Positions 48,159 through 58,620 of a stretch of 64,000 bases of DNA are shown here, piece after piece (position 1 is the stretch's first letter; every line of letters begins with the position of its first letter). Source of the DNA: an uncultured Bacteroidota bacterium (lineage in GTDB: Bacteria > CLD3 > SB21); NCBI GenBank assembly GCA_964415295.1, contig CAYPYN010000003.1, forward strand, positions 294,417-358,416, written 5' to 3'. The notes below the pieces were generated by a model, which ran no database searches, was not told the DNA's origin, and saw only the letters and a list, made by a program, of their open reading frames with translations. The translations under genes were made by a program, and so were the position numbers.

Positions 48159-49013
48159 ATGATCCCGACGTTATTTGAGATCCCGATTTTTGGAGGCATA
48201 CCTATACATAGTTTTGGCCTTATGCTGGCGCTGTCTTTTTTGGTTTCGAGTTATGTGCTCAAGAAACTGTTTAAACAAGCCCATTATCCGCCCGATCTGG
48301 CCGATCAGGTGATTCTGACGGCCGCGATAGCCGGTTTGGCCGGTTCTAAATTGTATTACCTTCTCTTTGAAGCTTTTGACCGCTTCATGAAGCATCCCAT
48401 CGACATGATTTTTTCGGGCGCGGGGTTGACATGGTACGGTGGGTTCGTGCTGGCTATGGCGAGTATCATTTATCTGATCAAGAAGAACAAATTGCCGGTC
48501 CTCCGGTCGATCGATATGATTTCGGTGCCTCTGCCTCTGGGATACGGCATCGGGCGCATCGGATGCCATCTCGCGGGGGACGGCGATTACGGTAAACCAT
48601 GGGACGGTATTTTTGCGACCGACTATTCCAGAGGCATCGTGCCGCCGTCGCAGGCGTTTTACGGATCGGAGATCGCAAAAGATTACCCCAACGGCATTGT
48701 GCCCGATCATACGCTTTGCCACCCGACCCCCATGTATGAAACTGTGTTTTCGACATTGATCTTTCTGATCATGTGGGCGACCACCAAACGTAACTTGCCG
48801 GCCGGGTTCCAGATATCGCTTTACTTCATGTTGGGAGGATTGCAGAGGTTTTTGGTAGAGTTCCTAAGGATCAATCCAAAGGTAGCGTTCGGATTGAGCG
48901 GCGCACAATTGATCAGCATCGCCCTGATGGTCTTCGGCGCCATCTGGATGTACTGGGCATTCCGAAGCCAGGACAGGGCAGAGACTTCGAAAGCAACGGT
49001 AAAAAGGAAATGA
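48159..49013 (+). CDS. lgt: Prolipoprotein diacylglyceryl transferase.
   Basis: Lgt signature region (GRIGCHLAGDGDYG...) and topology. Confidence 0.9.
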   Translation: MIPTLFEIPIFGGIPIHSFGLMLALSFLVSSYVLKKLFKQAHYPPDLADQVILTAAIAGLAGSKLYYLLFEAFDRFMKHPIDMIFSGAGLTWYGGFVLAMASIIYLIKKNKLPVLRSIDMISVPLPLGYGIGRIGCHLAGDGDYGKPWDGIFATDYSRGIVPPSQAFYGSEIAKDYPNGIVPDHTLCHPTPMYETVFSTLIFLIMWATTKRNLPAGFQISLYFMLGGLQRFLVEFLRINPKVAFGLSGAQLISIALMVFGAIWMYWAFRSQDRAETSKATVKRK

Positions 49014-49693
49014 TAAGGCGCACCCTCATAGCGGCCGTCTTATCGGCCGCATGGGCGCTGGCGGCGTTCGACACTGCGGCCGCGGGCGATCCGTCCAGTA
49101 AATTCACCATTGCGCGTATCAAGTACGGCGGAGGCGGGGATTGGTATGGGAATAAGACGTCACTGAACAACCTCTTGCGCTTCCTTAAGGATCAAACGAA
49201 TATTCTGGTCGAGTTAGGTGAAACCTATGTCGAGCCGTCGGACATGAAATTGTTCGATTACCCTTTTCTATACATGGCCGGTCACGGTAATGTGAGATTT
49301 TCCGATACGGACGTCCGTAATCTTAGAACGCATTTGACGCACGGCGGCTTTTTATGGTGCGACGACGATTACGGTATCGATAAATTTTTCCGCCGCGAGA
49401 TGAAAAGGGTGTTTCCGGAATTGGATTTTGTGGCGATCCCATTCTCCCATCCGGTCTTTCATACGCTGTATGATTTTCCGGACGGGTTGCCAAAAATCCA
49501 TGAGCACGACGGTGGGCCGCCGGAGGCTTACGGACTTTTTTGGAAAGGACGCCTGGTTTGTTTTTATTCCAAGAACACCGACCTGAGCGACGGGCTTGAA
49601 GGGCCGGACGTCTTCCCGGAGGACGGAATGCAGAAACATACACTCGCACTTCGCGCGGCGGCCAATATCGTCATGTATGCGTTAACGTATTAA
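49010..49693 (+). CDS. DUF4159 domain protein.
   Basis: Signal peptide; the IARIKYGGGGDW motif matches DUF4159 as I recall it. Confidence 0.55.
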   Translation: MIRRTLIAAVLSAAWALAAFDTAAAGDPSSKFTIARIKYGGGGDWYGNKTSLNNLLRFLKDQTNILVELGETYVEPSDMKLFDYPFLYMAGHGNVRFSDTDVRNLRTHLTHGGFLWCDDDYGIDKFFRREMKRVFPELDFVAIPFSHPVFHTLYDFPDGLPKIHEHDGGPPEAYGLFWKGRLVCFYSKNTDLSDGLEGPDVFPEDGMQKHTLALRAAANIVMYALTY

Positions 49694-49703
49694 ATAAAGA
49701 GGA

Positions 49704-50399
49704 ATGAATATGAAATCGGACGTATGGGAAAAACTGTTGGACGGCGTCATGCTGATACTGATGACGGTGGCGTTGTATCTCGTTTTTGTCTGGGTACCCA
49801 ATGAGAAGACCATGGGCATCATTCAGCGGATATTCTACTTTCACGTTCCTTCGGCCTGGGTCGGCTTTCTGGCCTTTGGAGTGGTTTTTATTGCCAGCAT
49901 CGCCTACCTGATCAAACGCAACGATCAATGGGATATGATCGCAGCTATTTCTGCGGAACTAGGACTGGTCTTTTGTTCAATCATGCTTGTTACAGGGCCG
50001 ATATGGGCAAAACCCGTATGGGGCATTTGGTGGACCTGGGATCCCAGGCTGACCTTGGCTCTGGTGCTCTGGCTGATCTATGTAGCCTACGTGATGCTGC
50101 GGATCTATGTAGCGGATGAGGGCAAACGTGCGCGTTTGTCGGCAGTGGTCGGAATCATCGGTTTCCTTGATGTGCCGCTGGTGTACATGTCGATCCGATG
50201 GTGGAGAACGCAGCACCCGGCGCCGGTCATGGCCGGCGGAGAGAAGTCGGGCCTTGCGCCGGAAATGCTTTTCGTATTCATTTTCTGCCTCGTAACGTTT
50301 ACGGTCCTCTTCTTTTATCTTTTGCAGAAAAGATACCGTATAGAAAAGGCGGAACAGGAGATCAACGAGCTTTACAAAAAGATCAACGAACGGGATTAA
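49704..50399 (+). CDS. ccmC: Heme exporter protein C (cytochrome c maturation system I).
   Basis: WGIWWTWDPRLT WWD motif; conserved His loops (FYFHVPSA, RWWRTQHP); aligns to E. coli CcmC. Confidence 0.85.
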   Translation: MNMKSDVWEKLLDGVMLILMTVALYLVFVWVPNEKTMGIIQRIFYFHVPSAWVGFLAFGVVFIASIAYLIKRNDQWDMIAAISAELGLVFCSIMLVTGPIWAKPVWGIWWTWDPRLTLALVLWLIYVAYVMLRIYVADEGKRARLSAVVGIIGFLDVPLVYMSIRWWRTQHPAPVMAGGEKSGLAPEMLFVFIFCLVTFTVLFFYLLQKRYRIEKAEQEINELYKKINERD

Positions 50400-50473
50400 G
50401 GTTTCTTTGCTTGACTCTGTTTGAACAGCGTTTGTATATTAATAAAGTTCACCCCATTCCAACTAAATGCAAC

Positions 50474-51403
50474 ATGCCTATCCGTATTTTTTTTCTAATG
50501 ATTGTCCTGATCGTCTGCTTGGCACAGGGGCTGTATGCGGGAGAAAGCGGTTACCGCTTCCTTCGCGTCGGTGTGCCGGCCAGGGGCGCCGGGCTTGGCG
50601 ATGCGTATGTTTCTCAGTTCGGCGACGTCAATACCTTCGCCTATAATCCGGCCGGATTGGCGCAACTCGATCATCGCCAGTTTTCCGCCGGGTATATGAA
50701 TCACGTTCTGGACATCGGGTCAGGATACGGCGTTTATGCGCAGCCATATAAAGATCTCGGGGTCTTCGGAATAGGTATCGTTTATTTCAGTTACGGTGAC
50801 TTCGATGGATACGATGCGGCCGGATATCCTACGAGTTCTTATTCGTCCAGCGATTATGCTTTGAGCGTATTCCATTCACATAAAGTGAAAGAGAATCTTT
50901 ATCAGGGGGCGTGTCTGAAATATATACGCTCCTCCATCGGACCCTATTCCTCAAGTGCGGTGGCATTGGATCTGGGCGTCATTTATCTTCTTCCTAAATA
51001 CGACATGCAGTTGGGTTTGAGCTTGTCCAACGCCGGATTTGTGACCGACGCCTTTGTGAGCAGGAAAGAGAAGCTCCCCGCCAGTCTTCGGATAGGCGCC
51101 TCAAGGAAATGGGATTTCACGACCTTTAACTTTCAGGTATCGGATCTCAATGTGCCCGGCAATCGCCTGGAACGGTTTGTGCTGAGCGCGGAGTCGGAAC
51201 CATGGGAAAAAATCAGTTTCCGGCTGGGATATAATAACCAAAGACGAGCTGAATTGGATCAAAGCGGGTCGGGGATCATGAGAACTTCGTCCGGATTTTC
51301 GGCCGGATTGGGTGTTAAGTTTCAGCAATACGTTATCGATTATTCTTTTTCGTCCTGGGGTATCGGCGCGGTGAACCGCTTTTCATTAACTGTCAATCTG
51401 TAG
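50474..51403 (+). CDS. Outer-membrane beta-barrel protein (PorV/PorQ-like). ATG at 50474; the ORF track's upstream extension overlaps ccmC.
   Basis: Signal peptide MPIRIFFLMIVLIVCLAQG; N-terminal LRVGVPARGAGLGDAYVS motif typical of T9SS-associated barrels; amphipathic strands. Confidence 0.5.
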   Translation: MPIRIFFLMIVLIVCLAQGLYAGESGYRFLRVGVPARGAGLGDAYVSQFGDVNTFAYNPAGLAQLDHRQFSAGYMNHVLDIGSGYGVYAQPYKDLGVFGIGIVYFSYGDFDGYDAAGYPTSSYSSSDYALSVFHSHKVKENLYQGACLKYIRSSIGPYSSSAVALDLGVIYLLPKYDMQLGLSLSNAGFVTDAFVSRKEKLPASLRIGASRKWDFTTFNFQVSDLNVPGNRLERFVLSAESEPWEKISFRLGYNNQRRAELDQSGSGIMRTSSGFSAGLGVKFQQYVIDYSFSSWGIGAVNRFSLTVNL

Positions 51404-51411
51404 GAACGATC

Positions 51412-51936
51412 ATGGATTTTTTGAGCGACTCCGATTTTATCTGGACCGGTTTTAATATGGCTATACTTCTGTATGTGGTATACGATGTGTATCAGGAACT
51501 GGGGGCCATATTCATCTACATTGCCCGTTCCGCAAAACAAGAGGGTTTCATTCTGACGTTTGTTAACCGTCTTTCTTCGAGAGTTCACTTTGTTTTTCTG
51601 TTGGCCAGCATGGTGCTCATCTTTGCGGTCAGAAGCTCGGAAGCGCTAAATCCGATCATGTTGGTAGCTCCGGTAGCGATGCTGATCGGCTTTTTTATTC
51701 ATGTTCTGACAGGGAAATTGTGCTTTATCAGCGAAACGGGTCTGGGTTCCGTGACATCCGATTTTGAACTCGAAATACCCTGGCAGGATATTCGCACCTA
51801 CGCGTGGAAAAACAGTGTCCTTTCGTTGACCTTGAACCGCCGATGGGGTGCCAGAAAAAGGATACGGTTCAGCGATTCGTCCGCCATCGTTGCGGTGAAT
51901 GAACGCCTGAAACGTCAGCTGTCGGATCCGGGATAA
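51412..51936 (+). CDS. Hypothetical membrane protein.
   Basis: ORF with 2-3 TM segments; no motif recognised. Confidence 0.4.
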   Translation: MDFLSDSDFIWTGFNMAILLYVVYDVYQELGAIFIYIARSAKQEGFILTFVNRLSSRVHFVFLLASMVLIFAVRSSEALNPIMLVAPVAMLIGFFIHVLTGKLCFISETGLGSVTSDFELEIPWQDIRTYAWKNSVLSLTLNRRWGARKRIRFSDSSAIVAVNERLKRQLSDPG

Positions 51937-52003
51937 TCGTTTAGTATAACCCATCTTTGCCTAATCTGCTCGTCTTTCGGTAACTTTATACGGAGATTTC
52001 ATT

Positions 52004-54130
52004 ATGGCCGCCAGTATTCGTCAGTACAACAAGAAGATCTGGATCTCGCTGATCATTCTACTTTCGGCGGGCTTAGGATTCCTTCTGTCCAATAACGACA
52101 GTTTTCGAAGCGTAGAACACAGCGGGATCGATTTCCTTTTTCAAATAAGGCCGAAGCCTGCGGAAGTACCGGAGACGATCGTGGTCATGATCGACGAAAA
52201 ATCGTATGCGCCGGAATTCGGTTATTACGATCCATTGCCGCGGCGCTATATCGCACGCCTGATTGATACCCTGGCGGCCAAAGGCGCCAAGACGATCGCC
52301 CTCGATATTGCGTTCTACGACAAGTTGGATATGCTGGATCCCAAAGGGGACACGATGCTCGTACAGGCCATGAAGCGCGCGGGCAATGTGATCGCCGTGT
52401 CCATCTGGTATCCGCAGGAGGACGGAACGCTGAAGAATCAGATGCCGCACCCGTTCTTCTTGTCCGCGCTGAAGGGCGTGGGCTATGCCAATCTTCAGAT
52501 CTACGGAGCCGGTGTATTATCGAGCGTGCGTGCCGTTCGGCCGATACAGAAGATGGGCGACGGCCAAACGGTCCTATCCTTTTCGTCCCTGGCTTACTGC
52601 GAGATCATGGATCTGAGCAAAGAGAAATTCATCGAAGAGGTTGAAAACAGAAAATGGGACGTGGTCCCGCCGATCCCGATGGACGCGCAGGGAAATATGA
52701 TCATCAACTACGTCGGCCCTCCCGCGACATGGATCAAACAGCCGGACGGCGAATGGACGCAGAATTCGGAAGGTACCATATACACATACCGGTCAAGCAA
52801 GATCACCGGTTCCGAGTCGAGCCAGTGGCCCGAGGATTTTCTCAAAGACAAACTGGTGCTGGTCGGGAACGGCTCTGAATTTGCCGTCGACCGCTTTATC
52901 ACTCCATACTATGAAGGTTACAGGAATAATTGGATGTACGGAGCCGAAGTTCATGCCAACGCCTTTCTCACGCTGCTGAACAAACATTTCCTGCAAAAGG
53001 CCGGACCGTACCTGACTTTTGGAATAGCCTTGCTGTTCTGTTTCCTGATGGTAGTGGCTACCGTGCGGTTTGGGTTCGTCGGTGAAGCGATCGTAGCGTT
53101 TGTGCTACTTTTGTCAACATGGATTCTTGGTTTTTACCTTTTTGCCGCGCAAGGCATCTGGCTTCCCGTCTGGAGCATCACGATCTCGGTCGTTTTTGCC
53201 TATTTTTCCACATCGATCTATCAGGCATTTACCGAGGAGAAAAATAAGAAGCAGATCAAAAGTATGTTCTCGCGTTATGCGCCGCCGGCGTATGTGGACG
53301 AACTGGTCAAGGATCCTACCAAATTAGAATTAGGCGGCGAAGAAAAGGAGATCAGCATTCTTTTCTCCGATATCGAGGGATTTACTACGATCTCGGAATC
53401 CTTGTCTCCGCGCAAACTCATTGAATTGCTCAATGACTATCTGAACACGATGACCCACCTGATATTCAACCAGGGAGGCAGTCTGGATAAGTACATCGGC
53501 GACGCGATCGTGGCCGTTTTTGGCGCGCCTTTGCCTCAAAACGAACATGCACTTCACGCCTGTTACGCTGCGCTCGATATGCAGAAAGCCCTGGTCGAAT
53601 TCCGCCAGCGTACGACCGCCATGGGTCTTCCGGTGGTACGTTCCCGAGTGGGCATCAATACCGGTAATGTGGTTTTCGGAAATATCGGTTCGGACATCCG
53701 CTACGATTATACGGGTATCGGGGATCATATGAATCTGGCCTCACGTCTGGAAGGCGCAAACAAGGAATACGGCACTTATATCATGATCAGCGAATTTACC
53801 TATAACCAGGTGAGGGAACGCGTGATTGTTCGCGATCTCGATCTGATCGTGGTTAAAGGAAAGAGCAAACCGGTCAAGGTGTACGAATTACTCGGACGCG
53901 CTAACGAACCCTTGCCGGAAGCCCAAAGGAAAATGGTAGAGCATTATCAGGAAGGAATCGCTCTGTATCGTAATCGTAAGTGGGAGGAAGCGATCAAGAA
54001 ATTCGATCAGGCTCTGACCCACTCGCATACGGATGAAGCCTCCAAAATATATATACACCGCTGCAAGGAACTCATCGCCAATCCGCCGGGTGCGGACTGG
54101 GACGGTTCGTTCCATATGACCTCAAAATAA
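52004..54130 (+). CDS. CHASE2 sensor plus class III adenylate/guanylate cyclase with a C-terminal TPR-like tail.
   Basis: Cyclase motifs ISILFSDIEGFT and YIGDAIVAVFGAP; N-terminal CHASE2-like periplasmic domain followed by TM helices. Confidence 0.8.
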   Translation: MAASIRQYNKKIWISLIILLSAGLGFLLSNNDSFRSVEHSGIDFLFQIRPKPAEVPETIVVMIDEKSYAPEFGYYDPLPRRYIARLIDTLAAKGAKTIALDIAFYDKLDMLDPKGDTMLVQAMKRAGNVIAVSIWYPQEDGTLKNQMPHPFFLSALKGVGYANLQIYGAGVLSSVRAVRPIQKMGDGQTVLSFSSLAYCEIMDLSKEKFIEEVENRKWDVVPPIPMDAQGNMIINYVGPPATWIKQPDGEWTQNSEGTIYTYRSSKITGSESSQWPEDFLKDKLVLVGNGSEFAVDRFITPYYEGYRNNWMYGAEVHANAFLTLLNKHFLQKAGPYLTFGIALLFCFLMVVATVRFGFVGEAIVAFVLLLSTWILGFYLFAAQGIWLPVWSITISVVFAYFSTSIYQAFTEEKNKKQIKSMFSRYAPPAYVDELVKDPTKLELGGEEKEISILFSDIEGFTTISESLSPRKLIELLNDYLNTMTHLIFNQGGSLDKYIGDAIVAVFGAPLPQNEHALHACYAALDMQKALVEFRQRTTAMGLPVVRSRVGINTGNVVFGNIGSDIRYDYTGIGDHMNLASRLEGANKEYGTYIMISEFTYNQVRERVIVRDLDLIVVKGKSKPVKVYELLGRANEPLPEAQRKMVEHYQEGIALYRNRKWEEAIKKFDQALTHSHTDEASKIYIHRCKELIANPPGADWDGSFHMTSK

Positions 54131-54261
54131 AAGGCTTGTAAATGCAGGGCGGTTTGAATAATTTTACAATGTTCTCATTTACTTTGTATTCTAGGACCGC
54201 ATCTATGGCATCCATTCTGTAATCAATTTCAGAATAATCATAATTTAAGGAGAGGTAGATC

Positions 54262-55221
54262 ATGAAAAATACACTTATCAAAATGGCAGGCCGAACGTTG
54301 GGCCTCCTCGTGTTGTCGTTTTCAATAGCGGCCGCACAGGATGTGGCTTTCTTTTCAAAAGTGAAGGGCGACGTGACCATCGTCGATGCCAAGGGCCAGA
54401 AGAAAGCGGCCAATCTGAAGATCAAATTGACCGATGGTGACAAAGTCAACACGGGCGCAAATGGAAGCGCTACCATCATGTATTACACCGGTAAAGAAGT
54501 GGTACTCGGCTCTAATAAGAATCATACCGTCAAGAAGAAACAGGAAGAAAGCTCTTTCCTTTCCGGATTGTATAGCACCTTGTCCGGCATGGTCTGGGGA
54601 CAGGAATCCAATGCTTCGATGGCCGGAGCAACACGCGCTTGGGCCGGAGACGCCAACCGTATGATCACGGCGACGTATCCTTCCGAGACCAAAGTTCTCG
54701 AACCGGAACCGGTATTCAAATGGGCCGATCACCGTAAGACCCCCGGTAAAGACTACATCGTGACCATCAAGAGCGAGATCAGCGATTTCAAGTACGATAT
54801 CAATATTTCGGGAGTGACGGAAGTGGCCTATCCCAAAACGGCACCCAAGCTGAAGATTGAAGAAAAGTATGTATGGACCGTTAAGGATGCCAAAGGCCCC
54901 GACGTTTCGCCGGCCGTCAAATTCTCTCTGATGGATCCCGGCGAATCGGAGACCATGGCCGATGATCTCAAAGAAATTCAGAAGGTCTGCAATAACGATA
55001 TCACCAACCCGCAGTGGTATTTGTTGACCGCGGCTTTATACAGGGATTACGGGCTGATGAAGCAAGCCGAGACCGCTATTCAGAATCTGATTCAGCTGAA
55101 GCCCGACATGGCTCAGGCGCACATCATGCTTGCGACGCTTTACAAAGAGACCGGACGTCTCGAAGAAGCGAAGATCGAAGAAGAAGCGGCAAGAAAACTG
55201 AGTGAAGGTGCCGGCAAGTAA
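54262..55221 (+). CDS. FecR-like domain protein with a C-terminal TPR.
   Basis: Signal peptide; FecR-like beta region (GDVTIVDAKGQ..), TPR tail. Confidence 0.45.
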   Translation: MKNTLIKMAGRTLGLLVLSFSIAAAQDVAFFSKVKGDVTIVDAKGQKKAANLKIKLTDGDKVNTGANGSATIMYYTGKEVVLGSNKNHTVKKKQEESSFLSGLYSTLSGMVWGQESNASMAGATRAWAGDANRMITATYPSETKVLEPEPVFKWADHRKTPGKDYIVTIKSEISDFKYDINISGVTEVAYPKTAPKLKIEEKYVWTVKDAKGPDVSPAVKFSLMDPGESETMADDLKEIQKVCNNDITNPQWYLLTAALYRDYGLMKQAETAIQNLIQLKPDMAQAHIMLATLYKETGRLEEAKIEEEAARKLSEGAGK

Positions 55222-55257
55222 AAGACCGGCCATCCGACTTTTCAAAAGCGATGATCC

Positions 55258-56460
55258 CTACGGGGTCATCGCTTTTTTTATGTCTTCGAGGATGATGCGG
55301 GCTATGCGCACAGCGACCTTTTCATCTGAGGGAGGAACATGGCGATCCGTAAATCGCGTAAGTGCATCGGATATGGTTTGGGCATAAGCATGATCGGAGA
55401 GCAAGCGTATCATTTCATCACAGATCGCTTTGGGTTTGGCGTGGAACTGTACAAATTCCCGCACGATCTCCTTTTCAGATAGCATGTTGACCAAAGAGAT
55501 GTGACGCAACCGGATCAGCAGCTTCGCCGCAAGCCACGTCAGAAAAGAGGTTTTATAGACGACCGCAAAGGGCTTTCCGTGCCGGGCGATCTCAAGATTT
55601 ACTGTTCCGGATTTGCAGAGTATCAGATCGGAAGCCGTGATGATGCGATGGGTGTCGCCGGTGTATTCGATGGAAACGGATTCCGGCATGCGGATCTTCC
55701 GGATAGGATCGGAATACAAACGATCGTTGATCCACGGGCAACGGCTTAAATGAATCCGCAGGTTCTTTCCGGATACTGTCGGGTGGTTGGCCAAATCCCG
55801 CACCGCGGCCAGCATGACCGGCAGTATTCTGGCCACCTCCTGCGGTCGGCTACCGGAGAACAGGCCGATGGAGATAGTGCTTACTTGATTTTCATGGGGT
55901 TTTTCGTAATATTGATTTTGAAGGATCGTGTCGTTCAGGGGATGGCCGAAATAATAACTTCTGACATTGCGGCGCGTATATAATTCGTGTTCAAAAGCAA
56001 ATAGAGGAAATACGGCGTCGCAGCAGGTTTTGAGCCGACGGATTCGGTTCTTGCGCCAGATCCAGACCTGCGGAGGGATAAAGTAGTAGATCTTTGGGAA
56101 AGTAAGTCCCAGTTTTTTTTTCCGCTGAAAGATCTTTTGGGCTAGACTGAGATTAAAATCGGGGAAATCGATCAGGACGACAGCGGCCGTTCCCGATCGA
56201 AAGATACGATCGAGTAACCGGTTCCTCAGAGTTATTATTTTAGGGATATGCCGGATAACTTCTCCGATTCCCATGATCGAAAGGTCGGAAACGGGATGCA
56301 GGATCTGGACACCGGCCTGACGCATGGTTTCACCGCCAACGCCCTCGATTGAGATATCCGGGTCGATGGCATGAAGGGCTTGAGCGAGATCGCCTCCGTA
56401 CCGTTCGCCGGAAGGTTCTCCGGAAATGATCGTAAAGGAGGATGTAGGAATAGTATCCAT
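55258..56460 (-). CDS. lpxB: Lipid-A-disaccharide synthase. Start placed at the Met at 56458-56460.
   Basis: N-terminal IISGEPSGERYG motif and GT-B architecture. Confidence 0.85.
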   Translation of the reverse strand: MDTIPTSSFTIISGEPSGERYGGDLAQALHAIDPDISIEGVGGETMRQAGVQILHPVSDLSIMGIGEVIRHIPKIITLRNRLLDRIFRSGTAAVVLIDFPDFNLSLAQKIFQRKKKLGLTFPKIYYFIPPQVWIWRKNRIRRLKTCCDAVFPLFAFEHELYTRRNVRSYYFGHPLNDTILQNQYYEKPHENQVSTISIGLFSGSRPQEVARILPVMLAAVRDLANHPTVSGKNLRIHLSRCPWINDRLYSDPIRKIRMPESVSIEYTGDTHRIITASDLILCKSGTVNLEIARHGKPFAVVYKTSFLTWLAAKLLIRLRHISLVNMLSEKEIVREFVQFHAKPKAICDEMIRLLSDHAYAQTISDALTRFTDRHVPPSDEKVAVRIARIILEDIKKAMTP

Positions 56461-56517
56461 AGGTCCGGTGTTATAATCAACGAAGCTATTTATCATTATA
56501 CGAATAAAAAGTCAACG

Positions 56518-57747
56518 ATGATCGAAAAAGAAATTGAAAATATCCTGAGCGAGTTCTCGCAGGTGGAATACGTGATCTATGATTCCAATGCGCTTTTTGC
56601 CAAATTTGAGATCAAACATCTGAACCAGGATATGATGAATTATATACAGTCCCGGTTTGCCCCTCTGGGATACAGGGCGGTTATCTCAAGTCTGACCAGC
56701 AAATCGGAGAACGGCGTCGATTCGGATGTAGTGATACTGAAGATATTTTCAGCCAATAACGGGCATTATGAACCCGCCGCGGTCAGTTATCAATTTCCTC
56801 AAACGAAAGGCCGGTGGTCCTGGCTCGGCCATCCGTCCGTGAATGCCGTACTTTTCGTGTTCACCTTCATAGTTGTTTTCATTACCGGCGCGGCTACCAT
56901 CATCAATCGAGAGATCATGGACGAGTGGAGCTGGATGACCGGATTCCAATTTTCCTTTGCCTTGCTGGGCATTCTCAGCGCGCATGAATTCGGCCATTAT
57001 TTTGCTGCCAAATATCATAAGCTCAACGTGACGCTGCCGTATTTTCTTCCGGGAATTCTGATTCCTCCCTGGATATTCCCCGGGTTTGGAGGAACGACAT
57101 TGATGCCGGGAACCTTTGGAGCCTTTATCCGGATCAAATCTCCGATCTTGAATAAGAAGCAGCTGATGGACGTCGGGGTTGCCGGTCCGATCGCAGGATT
57201 TGTCGTTTGTTTATTGGTGCTGATATACGGTTTTGCGACGGCGCCTGACCGTTCGTATGCCTATCAATTCTACGATCCTCAGAGCATATACAACGGAGAG
57301 CCCTTCTGGCATTTTGGAAATTCGCTGCTTTTCGGCTTCTTGGGACATACATTGGCCGGGGATCGCATGCCGGAAATGTACGATATCATTCATTATCCGT
57401 TCCTGTTCGCCGGATGGTTCGGTCTGCTGGTCACGGCGCTCAATCTGCTTCCGATCGGACAACTTGATGGCGGGCATATTACATATTCGCTGCTGGGAAA
57501 AAATCAGAAATACGTCGGCTACACGGCCTTCATCGGCATATTGGTGATGGGATTGTTTAATAACAATAGCAACTGGCTGGTTTGGGCCATGCTGATCCTT
57601 GTGCTCATCAAGATCAAACATCCGCCGGTCGTGCACGATCATGAACCGCTGGATCGGCCGAGGCAGATCGTCGGCATCGTTGCACTGATCATTTTTGTGC
57701 TTTGTTTCATTCCCGATCCCATTTATTTAAAGGCGTACACGAAATAG
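56518..57747 (+). CDS. Site-2 protease (peptidase M50) family. Start at the Met at 56518; the ORF track's 56371 start overlaps lpxB.
   Basis: HEFGHY zinc motif within a TM helix; polytopic. Confidence 0.8.
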   Translation: MIEKEIENILSEFSQVEYVIYDSNALFAKFEIKHLNQDMMNYIQSRFAPLGYRAVISSLTSKSENGVDSDVVILKIFSANNGHYEPAAVSYQFPQTKGRWSWLGHPSVNAVLFVFTFIVVFITGAATIINREIMDEWSWMTGFQFSFALLGILSAHEFGHYFAAKYHKLNVTLPYFLPGILIPPWIFPGFGGTTLMPGTFGAFIRIKSPILNKKQLMDVGVAGPIAGFVVCLLVLIYGFATAPDRSYAYQFYDPQSIYNGEPFWHFGNSLLFGFLGHTLAGDRMPEMYDIIHYPFLFAGWFGLLVTALNLLPIGQLDGGHITYSLLGKNQKYVGYTAFIGILVMGLFNNNSNWLVWAMLILVLIKIKHPPVVHDHEPLDRPRQIVGIVALIIFVLCFIPDPIYLKAYTK

Positions 57748-57762
57748 TCACAGAATCACATC

Positions 57763-58605
57763 ATGCGTTATTATTCACGACATACGTCATCTTATCGCTT
57801 TGCCGGAGGCGACTATCCGGCGGTGAAAATGCTACTGATCCTCAATTTCACCATATATCTTCTTCAGTGGCTTTTGTCGCTGACGGGCGGGGAGGGATTT
57901 GTCTTCAGTTATGTCGCATTGTCGCCAAGGATCTGGGATGGGCAGATCTGGCAATTAGTTACATATATGTTCCTGCACGGCGATCCGTGGCATATTTTGT
58001 TCAATATGCTAGGCTTGTGGATGTTCGGTAAGGAACTGGAGATGGTTTGGGGATCCAATCAGTTTCTCAAGTATTACTTCATCTGCGGCGTGGGCGCGGG
58101 CCTGACCTTTCTCCTATTTTCGAAAGGCGTTGTGATCGGCGCTTCCGGAGCGGTGTTCGGTCTGCTACTGGCTTTTGGGCTGACGTTTCCGGATCAGATC
58201 ATATTGATGAGTCTCCTGTTTCCCATCAAAGCGAAGTATATGGTATTGATCTACGGCGTTTTGACTTTTATGAATATTGCCAAACCGTCCGGTGACGGCG
58301 TTGCCCATTTCGCGCATCTCGGCGGTATGGTATTCGGATTTATTTATCTCAAGAGAGACTGGTTCGTATTCAAAGCCCATCGTTCCATCGGCGAGTGGAC
58401 GCCGAAGAAGCAGGAACCGCCGGCCTTCAAACCTCTGCCGCCTCCCAAGCGTGAGCGCAACGAAGAGATGCGCGCCCGGGTGGATGCGATCCTCGACAAG
58501 ATCAACGAGGTCGGCTATGACCGGCTGACACAGGAAGAGAAGGACATCCTGCTTGACGCCAGCCAGCATTTATCAACCGGTGACCGTCCGAATGTCAAAA
58601 ACTAG
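57763..58605 (+). CDS. Rhomboid family intramembrane serine protease.
   Basis: GASGAVFG catalytic Ser motif and the AHxGG His motif. Confidence 0.85.
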   Translation: MRYYSRHTSSYRFAGGDYPAVKMLLILNFTIYLLQWLLSLTGGEGFVFSYVALSPRIWDGQIWQLVTYMFLHGDPWHILFNMLGLWMFGKELEMVWGSNQFLKYYFICGVGAGLTFLLFSKGVVIGASGAVFGLLLAFGLTFPDQIILMSLLFPIKAKYMVLIYGVLTFMNIAKPSGDGVAHFAHLGGMVFGFIYLKRDWFVFKAHRSIGEWTPKKQEPPAFKPLPPPKRERNEEMRARVDAILDKINEVGYDRLTQEEKDILLDASQHLSTGDRPNVKN

Positions 58606-58620
58606 GGATTCTCAAATATT

